In this document: positions 1-7,547 of the stretch, one piece after another | Layout of the letters: each line of letters starts with the position of its first letter | How positions within the stretch are numbered: the first letter of the stretch is position 1 | Assembly: GCA_017547445.1 (NCBI GenBank) | Contig: JAFYPR010000119.1 | Span: 1-41,948 of the forward strand | DNA: 41,948 bases | Reading direction: 5' to 3' | From: Clostridia bacterium | Lineage (GTDB): Bacteria; Bacillota; Clostridia; UMGS1883 | The notes under the pieces: generated by a model | The model's database searches: none | What the model saw: the letters and a program-made list of their open reading frames with translations, nothing else | Told to the model about the DNA's origin: nothing | Program-made: the position numbers and the translations under genes

Positions 1-37
1 CAAGATTATCTTTGTAAAAATCAGGTCGCAAGAAAAA

Positions 38-59
38 AGTGTTGTCAAAGTGTTGTCAA
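38..59. repeat. tandem direct repeat, 2 x 11 bp (AGTGTTGTCAA)
   Basis: Read directly: agtgttgtcaa agtgttgtcaa. Each unit carries TTGACA on the - strand. Confidence 0.8.
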
Positions 60-91
60 AATCAATTTTAAAACGGTCTTTGATAACGCTA

Positions 92-125
92 AAAGTGGCT
101 TAAACACTGTGTTTCAAGCCACTTT
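92..125 (-). terminator. hairpin terminator downstream of the GMP synthase subunit gene
   Basis: AAAGTGGCTTAAAC pairs with GTTT(C)AAGCCACTTT (14 bp, one bulge). The short T-run on the - strand is partly inside the stem. Confidence 0.5.
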
Positions 126-140
126 ATATATTTTGTGAAA

Positions 141-1127
141 TTACTCCCACTCTATCGTTCCGATAGGCTTGGGAGTGAGGTCTAAAAGCACTCTGTTGAT
201 ACCATCAACCTCATGTGTGATTCTGTCTGTAATATGGTGAAGAATCGGATAGGGTATTTCTTCAATAGTAGCTGTCATAGCATCCTTTGTATTGACAGCA
301 CGGATAATTGCGGGCCAGCCTTCATAACGCTTACTGTCCTTAACACCTACGCTCTTAACGTCGGGCACAGCAATAAAGTACTGCCATACCTTGCCCGCCA
401 AGCCGTTCTTATCAAATTCTTCACGTAAGATTGCGTCAGCTTCTCTGAGTGCATGAAGTCTGTCACGTGTAATAGCGCCAAGACATCTTACACCCAGACC
501 GGGGCCGGGGAAGGGCTGACGGTAAACCATCTCGTCGGGAAGACCAAGTGCACTGCCCACAAGTCTTACTTCATCCTTATAAAGAAGCTTTACGGGTTCA
601 ACAAGCTGAAGGTCCATTTCTTCGGGAAGACCGCCAACATTGTGGTGAGCCTTAACGCCGTCAGACTCTAAAATGTCGGGGTAGATTGTGCCCTGAGCAA
701 GGAACTTTATACCTTCAAGCTTCAAAGCCTCTTCGTTAAACACTTCAATAAATTCGCCGCCGATAATCTTTCTCTTTCTTTCAGGCTCTGCCACATCCTT
801 GAGCTTATCGAGGAAACGGTCAGTTGCATCAATGTAAATGAGATTTGCATCAAGCTGATTTTTGAAGACCTCGATAACATTTTCGCTTTCGCCCTTACGC
901 ATAAGGCCGTGGTTAACGTGTACACATACAAGCTGCTTGCCGATAGCCCTGATGAGAAGTGCTGCAACTACCGAAGAGTCAACACCGCCGGAAAGTGCCA
1001 GAAGCACCTTCTTGTCGCCTACCTGCTTACGTGTAAACTCAACAAGCTCGTCAATATAAGCTTCTGCCTGAGCCTTTGTTGTAATTCTTTCCATTGTTTC
1101 GGGTCTTACATTACTATTCCAATCCAT
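141..1127 (-). CDS. guaA: GMP synthase ATP-pyrophosphatase plus dimerisation domains only (no glutamine amidotransferase domain)
   Basis: PP-loop LALSGGVDSSV and a C-terminus ...KPIGTIEWE typical of GuaA. Start moved from 1169 to ATG 1127, which has AGGAGGAA 7 nt upstream. The protein begins directly at the ATP-PPase domain. Confidence 0.85.
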   Translation of the reverse strand: MDWNSNVRPETMERITTKAQAEAYIDELVEFTRKQVGDKKVLLALSGGVDSSVVAALLIRAIGKQLVCVHVNHGLMRKGESENVIEVFKNQLDANLIYIDATDRFLDKLKDVAEPERKRKIIGGEFIEVFNEEALKLEGIKFLAQGTIYPDILESDGVKAHHNVGGLPEEMDLQLVEPVKLLYKDEVRLVGSALGLPDEMVYRQPFPGPGLGVRCLGAITRDRLHALREADAILREEFDKNGLAGKVWQYFIAVPDVKSVGVKDSKRYEGWPAIIRAVNTKDAMTATIEEIPYPILHHITDRITHEVDGINRVLLDLTPKPIGTIEWE

Positions 1128-1178
1128 AAATCGTTTCCTCCTGATGTAATATTTATCAAATACACTCACAAAAGGGTG

Positions 1179-2105
1179 TTATTCAAACAAAGGTGTAGAG
1201 AAATACCTCTCTGCCGTATCGGGAAGCACTGTTACAACAGTTTTCCCCTTTCCCAGCTTTTTAGCCATTTTAATTGCCGCAGCAACATTTGTACCCGAGG
1301 ATATACCGCACATGATACCTTCCTTTGATGCCAGCTCCTTGGCAATACGGATAGCCTCTTCGTCCTTTATAATGCAGATATCATTATAAATTTCAGTATT
1401 CAAAATTTCGGGGATGAGTCCGTCGCCTATACCCATCTGGATATGAGTGCCAATAGACCCGCCCGATAAAATCGCCGCATGCTCAGGCTCAACCGCCCAT
1501 ATTTCCATATCAGGGTTTTCCTTCTTCAAAGCTTCGCCGATACCTGTTATTGTACCGCCTGTACCGATACCTGAGCAAAAGCCGTGGATAGGTCCGTTTA
1601 CCTGACTGAGGATTTCCTGTGCAGTAACACTGCGCTGGATTTCAGGGTTTGCAGGGTTTTCAAACTGCTGAGGCACGAACACGTTAGAATTTTCTCTCTG
1701 CATTCTGAGTGCTGTCTGTAAGCATTCTTCAATACAGTCACCAATATTGCCCGCATCGTGAATTAAAATTACCTCTGCACCGTAATGCTCAACAAGCTTT
1801 CGCCTTTCCTCGCTTACCGAGTCGGGCATGATGATAACGGTTTTATACCCTCTCACCGCACCGACCAGTGCAAGACCTATGCCCTGGTTACCGCTTGTAG
1901 GCTCCACGATAATTGTATCGGGGGTAATTCTGCCTTCTTCCTCAGCTTTTCTTATCATGTTGAATGCAGTTCTTGTCTTTATAGAGCCGCCAACATTCAA
2001 ACCTTCAAATTTCACAAGTATATCAGCCGAATTTTCATCGGATAATCTGTTAAGTTTTACAATGGGAGTATTTCCCATTGCTTCTAAAATATTATTACAA
2101 ATCAT
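1179..2105 (-). CDS. cysK: cysteine synthase A (O-acetylserine sulfhydrylase)
   Basis: N-terminal GNTPIVKLNRL, PLP-lysine motif GGSIKTR, glycine loop GIGTGGTITG, 308 aa. Confidence 0.92.
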   Translation of the reverse strand: MICNNILEAMGNTPIVKLNRLSDENSADILVKFEGLNVGGSIKTRTAFNMIRKAEEEGRITPDTIIVEPTSGNQGIGLALVGAVRGYKTVIIMPDSVSEERRKLVEHYGAEVILIHDAGNIGDCIEECLQTALRMQRENSNVFVPQQFENPANPEIQRSVTAQEILSQVNGPIHGFCSGIGTGGTITGIGEALKKENPDMEIWAVEPEHAAILSGGSIGTHIQMGIGDGLIPEILNTEIYNDICIIKDEEAIRIAKELASKEGIMCGISSGTNVAAAIKMAKKLGKGKTVVTVLPDTAERYFSTPLFE

Positions 2106-2173
2106 TGCTACCTCCGGGAATTTTTTCTAATATATATTATTCACCATAAATCCCCATTGTCTTTTATTAGAAA

Positions 2174-2202
2174 ATTATAGCACAGTTTATTTTCATTTTC
2201 AA
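2174..2202 (-). promoter_or_regulatory. sigma-70-type promoter for cysK
   Basis: The - strand reads TTGAAA (2197-2202), 17 nt, TGc-TATAAT (2174-2179). The leader is ~60 nt. Confidence 0.6.
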
Positions 2203-2236
2203 TATTTTTATTATGTTTCAGGGCCAAAATTTCAAC

Positions 2237-2275
2237 AAAAAAATGCAGTAAAATATTATTTTTTTACTGCATTTT
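2237..2275. terminator. bidirectional rho-independent terminator
   Basis: 11-bp stem ATGCAGTAAAA/TTTTACTGCAT (2243-2272), flanked by an A-run (2237-2242) and a T-run (2273-2275). It lies just after the stop of the 2280-2684 gene. Confidence 0.8.
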
Positions 2276-2279
2276 ATCA

Positions 2280-2684
2280 TTATTTTCTTTTGTGGTTGGG
2301 TTTTCTTTTCATTATACGGTCAGTAAGTGCAAATATGCAATCCCAAAGGGTAAACACGCCCACGGATATAACCATAACTCCCAAAGCAAGTAAAAGTCCT
2401 GCCTTTCCGCCGCCAAATGCAGAATATACAACCGTGCGCATAATTCCCGTAGCTACTAAAATGGTAAGGGCGCTGTATATGTAATCATAAACCTTTCCCT
2501 CGTGGACAATAGCATGAGCAACAGATAACACCGCCATAAAAACAGGTGTTACAATGAGTCCCGAAAGCACATCAACAGTAATCAGGCTCATACCTGCCGC
2601 CTTGCCGTTTAAAACGGCAAAAGCAATCAGAAGTCCCCCATGCCAGAAAAGGGGAAGAGTGAGAAATCTTTTAATCTTATCCAT
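2280..2684 (-). CDS. small integral membrane protein, unknown function (~4 TM)
   Basis: Hydrophobic ORF. The ORF-track GTG at 2693 is part of the SD (GAGGTG), so the start was moved to ATG 2684, 6 nt after the SD. Confidence 0.6.
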   Translation of the reverse strand: MDKIKRFLTLPLFWHGGLLIAFAVLNGKAAGMSLITVDVLSGLIVTPVFMAVLSVAHAIVHEGKVYDYIYSALTILVATGIMRTVVYSAFGGGKAGLLLALGVMVISVGVFTLWDCIFALTDRIMKRKPNHKRK

Positions 2685-2696
2685 AACATTCACCTC

Positions 2697-2731
2697 AAAA
2701 AAAGAGATTGCAGAACACCCTCTGCAATCTC
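2697..2731 (-). terminator. rho-independent terminator of the M23 peptidase gene
   Basis: GAGATTGCAGA / TCTGCAATCTC (2704-2731), followed on the - strand by T7 (2697-2703). Confidence 0.8.
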
Positions 2732-2732
2732 A

Positions 2733-2761
2733 ATTATATCCTTATTCTGAGTTGTTGTCAA
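2733..2761 (-). promoter_or_regulatory. consensus sigma-70 promoter for the 2280-2684 membrane protein gene
   Basis: The - strand reads TTGACA (2756-2761, overlapping the M23 stop codon), 17 nt, TATAAT (2733-2738). Confidence 0.65.
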
Positions 2762-3969
2762 CCTACAATGTAATCCATAGGGTCAACAAAATCTCCGTTA
2801 TAAAGTATTTCAAAATGAAGATGCGGTCCCGTAACACGTCCCGTAGAGCCTACAGTACCTATAAGGTCGCCCTGTTTAACTTCGCATCCTTCTTCAACGA
2901 AGCGGCTTGTCATATGTGCATATGTGCTTGTAAAGCCGTCCCCGTGGTCAATTATGATATAATTGCCGTAACCGCTTCTGGTATCTGAGAATATTACAGT
3001 ACCCTTTGCGGGAGCATATATGGGTGTACCCGGGTCAGCAGCTAAGTCAATACCGTTGTGATTTCTGCCCCAACGGCGACCGTAGGGAGATGTAAATCTG
3101 CCTTCTGTGGGCCAGGGAAGTGTCTTTTCAACCAGACCCTTCATCTTACCTGTACCGATACGTACAATTTCATCGCAAGGCTTTGTTATAGTCTGCTCGA
3201 TAGTATCAACATCGTGCTTTCTTATGCCGTTTTCGTAAAATACCACATCTTTTCTTATGCCGTGGCCTGTCTTACCCTTCTGCACATATACTGTTGTACC
3301 CTCAGGGATTGTTTCATCCTCGATACGTGTTGTTTCGTAAGGGATTTCTAAATCAGTAGTTGTAACGTCTTTGTATACAACAGTAATAAGACCGCTTTCA
3401 CGGATAAGCTCCACTGCCTCATCTGCGCTTACAATGTCAGTAAGGATAGCCTTATCGCCTGAGATTGTATAGCATGAATATATAAGCGCATCTGCACGGT
3501 TAAAGAGTGCAATATAATTCTTTATTGCACATTCTGCTTCTTCTCTTGTTTTTACCCTTGCAATAACCTGACCGTCCGCTTCGATACAAAAGCAGTCCTC
3601 CTTGCCCTGTGCGGCTTCAACAATACCGCGGTAAATATCGCTATCTGTAATATCCTCTATGGGGGCAATGGTCATCACAAATCTTAAATCACCGCTTATT
3701 CTTGCACGGCTTTTTCTTGCCACATCTGTTGCCGCTTCTTCATAAGCGTCAATAGCTTCCGCCTTGTCGGAAATAACACCTACATTTACATCTTCGTAAT
3801 ATACGTCATAACCGATTGTATAATATTTTGTAATAATTCCGAATGTTGAAATAAGCATTATCGCACAAAGAACCGTGGATAAAAGCTTTCTGTTAATGTT
3901 CTTTACTGTATTGAAGCCATTTCTTATAACAGCAGTTACGGATGTATTGTAATCCGTTCTTTTCTGCAT
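2758..3969 (-). CDS. M23 (LytM-type) metallopeptidase with N-terminal TM anchor and G5-like domain
   Basis: The C-terminus has NHNGIDLAA ... GYGNYIIIDHGDGFTSTYAHM ... GPHLHFEI (M23 HxxxD / HxH motifs). A G5-like segment (YETTRIEDETIPEGTTVYVQKGKTG) is present. Start moved to ATG 3969, with GAAAGGTG upstream. Confidence 0.88.
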   Translation of the reverse strand: MQKRTDYNTSVTAVIRNGFNTVKNINRKLLSTVLCAIMLISTFGIITKYYTIGYDVYYEDVNVGVISDKAEAIDAYEEAATDVARKSRARISGDLRFVMTIAPIEDITDSDIYRGIVEAAQGKEDCFCIEADGQVIARVKTREEAECAIKNYIALFNRADALIYSCYTISGDKAILTDIVSADEAVELIRESGLITVVYKDVTTTDLEIPYETTRIEDETIPEGTTVYVQKGKTGHGIRKDVVFYENGIRKHDVDTIEQTITKPCDEIVRIGTGKMKGLVEKTLPWPTEGRFTSPYGRRWGRNHNGIDLAADPGTPIYAPAKGTVIFSDTRSGYGNYIIIDHGDGFTSTYAHMTSRFVEEGCEVKQGDLIGTVGSTGRVTGPHLHFEILYNGDFVDPMDYIVG

Positions 3970-4168
3970 AAAATCAGCACCTTTCAATTTTCTCACGTTA
4001 CCTATTATACACAATTTTCCCTATTTGTAAACCCTTTTTGTAAAACTTTTTTAACATTTTCGTAATTTTTTTAAAATTTGTTAATATTTTCGGGTCGAAT
4101 TCTGCCTCAAACTTGACCAAATCTTCCATATATGATATACTTAAATAGTTTAAAAGGATGTGAAAATC

Positions 4169-6349
4169 ATGGAAAATGAAATCAGTAAACAGCAAATAAC
4201 AAAAACCTTAAAAGAAAACTACATGCCCTACGCCATGAGCGTTATCATTTCCCGTGCAATCCCCGAGATTGACGGCTTCAAGCCTTCTCACAGAAAGCTT
4301 CTGTACACTATGTACGATATGGGGCTTTTAAAGGGTGGAAGAACAAAAAGCGCAAATATTGTCGGTCAGACAATGCGCCTTAACCCCCACGGCGATATGG
4401 CAATATATGAAACAATGGTACGTCTCACCGAAGGTCACGAGGCGCTTCTGCACCCCTTTGTTGACTCAAAGGGTAATTTCGGCAAGCAGTACAGCCGTGA
4501 CATGGCGTTTGCCGCCTCCCGTTATACAGAGGCAAAGCTTTCGCCTATTGCGGCAGAGGTTTTCCGCGACATTGACAAAAACACAGTTGATTTTGTGGAC
4601 AACTACGACGCCACAAGGAAGGAGCCTGCACTTTTGCCCTCCGCCTTCCCCAACATACTTGTAAACCCCAATCAGGGTATTGCGGTAGGTATGGCATCAA
4701 ACATTGCTTCCTTCAACTTAAAGGAAGTATGTCAGGCAACAAAGGCTCTTATGAAGGATGAAAAGGCGGCAATCAGTGACTATATCACAGGTCCCGACTT
4801 TTCAACAGGCGCATTTTTGCTCCGTGACGACACTGCCTTCAACCAGATTTATGAAACAGGCAGAGGCAGCGTAAGAGTACGTGCAAAATATAAGTTTGAT
4901 AAGAAGAACAACCTTATCGAAATAACCGAAATTCCTTATTCCACCTCCACCGAGGCTATTATTGACAAGCTTGCAGAGCTTATCAAGGCAGGCAAGCTTA
5001 AGGAAATTAACGATGTCCGTGACGAAACGGACAAGACAGGCTTGAAGCTTACATTGGAATTAAAGAGGAGCACAGACCCCGAAAAGCTTATGGCAAAGCT
5101 TTTCCGCTCCACCCCACTGGAGGATTCCTTCAGCTGTAACTTCAACGTGCTCATAAACGGTGAGCCTGTGGTTTTAGGCGTAAGAGGTATTCTCCGCCAT
5201 TGGATTGATTTCCGCATGGGCTGTACAAAGCGCCGTCTTTTATTTGATATTGAGAAAAAGTCTGCAAGACTTCACCTTCTTCTGGCATTGAAGCAGATTC
5301 TTCTTGATATCGACAAGGCAATTCACATTGTCCGCAATACAGAAGAGGACGCAATGGTTGTACCTAACCTTATGGAAGGCTTCGGCATTGACAAAACGCA
5401 GGCAGAATATGTGGCTGAAATAAAGCTTCGTAATCTTAACCGTGACTATATTTTGAAGAGGATTGAAGAAATTGATTCTCTCACAGAAGAGATTAACGAT
5501 TTAAAGGATGCAAGCGAAAGCACCCGCAGAATAAAGAAAATCATCTCCGATGAGCTTACCGAAATTGAAAAGAAGTACGGAAGAGACAGAAAAACAGTTG
5601 TTATCGAGCCTTCCGGAACAGAGGAAGAAGCTACCGTTGAAGAAATACCCGATTACAATGTAAAGGTATTTATGACGCGCGAGGGCTACTTCAAGAAGAT
5701 TACACTTGTATCCCTTCGCTCAGGCGGTGAGCATAAGTTCAAGGAAGGGGACGAATTAGCTCTTGAGTTTGATGCCTCCAACCGCATGGATATGCTCTTC
5801 TTCTCGGATAAGCAGAATGTATATAAAATGCGCCTTAATGATATCAGGGATACAAAGGCAAGTGCCATGGGCGACTATCTGCCTAACCTTCTCAACATGG
5901 AAAACGGCGAAAAAATAGTTTACTGCATCCCCACCTTAAGCTATACAGGCTTTATGCTCTTTGCATTTACAAACGGTAAAATTGCAAAGATTGACATGCA
6001 GGGTTATGCCACAAAGACAAACCGCAAAAAGCTTACAGGCGGCTTCAGTGATAAAGCTCCCCTTGCAAATGCCATGTATATTCCCGAGGATTTGCTCATT
6101 GCGGCATATTCCGACAACGGCAAATGCGTAGTGTTTGACACCAGGGATGTTCTTACGAAGACAAGCCGTACAAGTCAGGGCATACAGGTTATGACCCTTC
6201 GTAAAAAGGCGTCCCTTTCCCGTATTGCAGATGCGTCGGCAGCTCTCAGTGACCCCGGCGGATACAAGGCACGCTCACTTCCCTCTGCAGGCTATTTCTT
6301 AAAGGATGAGGACTCGGGCAAGAAACAACTTTCATTATTCAACGAATAA
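4169..6349 (+). CDS. parC: type IIA topoisomerase subunit A (ParC/GyrA family, topo IV-like)
   Basis: MPYAMSVIISRAIPEIDGFKPSHRKLLY, and a catalytic Tyr context AASRYTEAKL. No canonical GyrA box was seen. 726 aa from ATG 4169 (AAAGGA upstream). Confidence 0.85.
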   Translation: MENEISKQQITKTLKENYMPYAMSVIISRAIPEIDGFKPSHRKLLYTMYDMGLLKGGRTKSANIVGQTMRLNPHGDMAIYETMVRLTEGHEALLHPFVDSKGNFGKQYSRDMAFAASRYTEAKLSPIAAEVFRDIDKNTVDFVDNYDATRKEPALLPSAFPNILVNPNQGIAVGMASNIASFNLKEVCQATKALMKDEKAAISDYITGPDFSTGAFLLRDDTAFNQIYETGRGSVRVRAKYKFDKKNNLIEITEIPYSTSTEAIIDKLAELIKAGKLKEINDVRDETDKTGLKLTLELKRSTDPEKLMAKLFRSTPLEDSFSCNFNVLINGEPVVLGVRGILRHWIDFRMGCTKRRLLFDIEKKSARLHLLLALKQILLDIDKAIHIVRNTEEDAMVVPNLMEGFGIDKTQAEYVAEIKLRNLNRDYILKRIEEIDSLTEEINDLKDASESTRRIKKIISDELTEIEKKYGRDRKTVVIEPSGTEEEATVEEIPDYNVKVFMTREGYFKKITLVSLRSGGEHKFKEGDELALEFDASNRMDMLFFSDKQNVYKMRLNDIRDTKASAMGDYLPNLLNMENGEKIVYCIPTLSYTGFMLFAFTNGKIAKIDMQGYATKTNRKKLTGGFSDKAPLANAMYIPEDLLIAAYSDNGKCVVFDTRDVLTKTSRTSQGIQVMTLRKKASLSRIADASAALSDPGGYKARSLPSAGYFLKDEDSGKKQLSLFNE

Positions 6350-6356
6350 AAATACA

Positions 6357-6453
6357 GGAGACGACACCAAAGGGGACTGTCCCAACAAAATTCCGCAGAA
6401 TTTCTTTGGCTCATCGTCTCCCGATGATGCCAAAGGGGGACTGTCCCCTTTGG
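6357..6453. repeat. structured repeat family A, copy 1 (terminator-like hairpin flanked by two GGGACTGTCCC boxes)
   Basis: GGGACTGTCCC sits at 6373-6383 and 6437-6447. The central hairpin is AAATTC-CGCA-GAATTT (6388-6403), with GGAGACGA/TCGTCTCC and CCAAAGGGG/CCCCTTTGG pairings. It recurs at 31964-32037. Confidence 0.8.
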
Positions 6454-6485
6454 TCTGTCAATTTCACACGGGAGGACCATTTACT

Positions 6486-7508
6486 ATGTTATATTTTAAA
6501 AACGACTATTCCGAAGGTGCACATCCTGCCCTTTTAAAGCGCTTTTTTGAAACCAATTTTGAAAAGCTTGACGGCTACGGTGAGGACAAGTATTCTCAGT
6601 CCGCCAAAGAAAAGATAAAACAGGCAACCGCCTGTCCCGATGCAGAGATTTTCTTTATCTCAGGGGGAACACAGACAAATCAGGTGGTTATCGCAACCAT
6701 GCTCTCCCGTCACGAGGGCGTGCTTGCCGCACAGACAGGTCATGTTGCATGTCACGAGGCAGGTGCAATTGAATATACAGGTCATAAGGTTATCACACTT
6801 CCTCAGTATGAGGGCAAAATTAACCATAACGATATAGCCTCCTTTATAGATGCCTTCTATGCCGATGAGAGCCATAGCCATATGGTGTACCCCGGCATGG
6901 TGTACATCTCCCATCCCACGGAATACGGCACTCTCTACACAAAGGAGGAGCTTACAAAAATAAGCGAAACCTGTCATAAATATAACATTCCCCTTTTTCT
7001 TGACGGTGCCCGCTTAGGCTATGCCTTAACAGCCGAAACAGACGTTACTCTCCCTCTTATTGCAGAGCTTACCGATGTGTTTTACATAGGCGGTACAAAA
7101 TGCGGCGCACTCTGCGGCGAAGCGGTTGTATTTACAAAGAAAAATGCACCAAAGCACTTTACTACCCTTGTAAAACAGCATGGCGCAATGCTTGCAAAGG
7201 GCAGACTTATCGGTGTTCAGTTTGATATGCTCTTTAACGGCAGCTTTTATACAGACATCTGCCGTAATGCAATCGAAACTGCACAGATGCTTAAGGATGC
7301 ATTCCGTGAAAAGGGTTATAAATTCTTCATAGACTCCCCCACAAACCAGATTTTCATAATTCTTGAAAATAAACAAATGGAAAAAATTAAAGAAAATGTA
7401 TGCATCAGCTATTGGGAAAAATATGACGAAACCCACACCGTTGTCCGCTTCGCAACAAGCTGGGCAACAAGCCGTGAGGACGTGGAAAAATTAATAGAGC
7501 TTTTGTAA
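6486..7508 (+). CDS. threonine aldolase / beta-eliminating lyase family PLP enzyme
   Basis: NDYSEGAHP, GGTQTN, and GGTKCG (candidate PLP lysine). Start moved from 6306 to ATG 6486, with GGGAGGA 8 nt upstream. The longer ORF reads through repeat family A. Confidence 0.8.
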   Translation: MLYFKNDYSEGAHPALLKRFFETNFEKLDGYGEDKYSQSAKEKIKQATACPDAEIFFISGGTQTNQVVIATMLSRHEGVLAAQTGHVACHEAGAIEYTGHKVITLPQYEGKINHNDIASFIDAFYADESHSHMVYPGMVYISHPTEYGTLYTKEELTKISETCHKYNIPLFLDGARLGYALTAETDVTLPLIAELTDVFYIGGTKCGALCGEAVVFTKKNAPKHFTTLVKQHGAMLAKGRLIGVQFDMLFNGSFYTDICRNAIETAQMLKDAFREKGYKFFIDSPTNQIFIILENKQMEKIKENVCISYWEKYDETHTVVRFATSWATSREDVEKLIELL

Positions 7509-7510
7509 AA

Positions 7511-7547
7511 ACAAAGAGTGTCGGATTAGCCGACACTCTTTGTTTTA
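7511..7547. terminator. bidirectional terminator between convergent genes
   Basis: 14-bp stem ACAAAGAGTGTCGG / CCGACACTCTTTGT (7511-7543), followed by TTTT. Confidence 0.8.

Noticed and set aside
2106-2173. Possible T-box or S-box leader upstream of cysK.
   Set aside because: The predicted leader is only ~60 nt, with no specifier or terminator architecture. There is just a promoter and an SD.
3998-4195. 65-aa ORF in the M23/parC divergent spacer.
   Set aside because: It overlaps both neighbouring gene starts, is low-complexity and AT-rich, and has no SD.
6306-6485. ORF-track N-terminal extension of the aldolase gene (MRTRARNNF...GDCPNKIPQNFF...).
   Set aside because: It reads straight through repeat family A and has no SD. 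The internal ATG at 6486 has GGGAGGA upstream and gives a normal family N-terminus.
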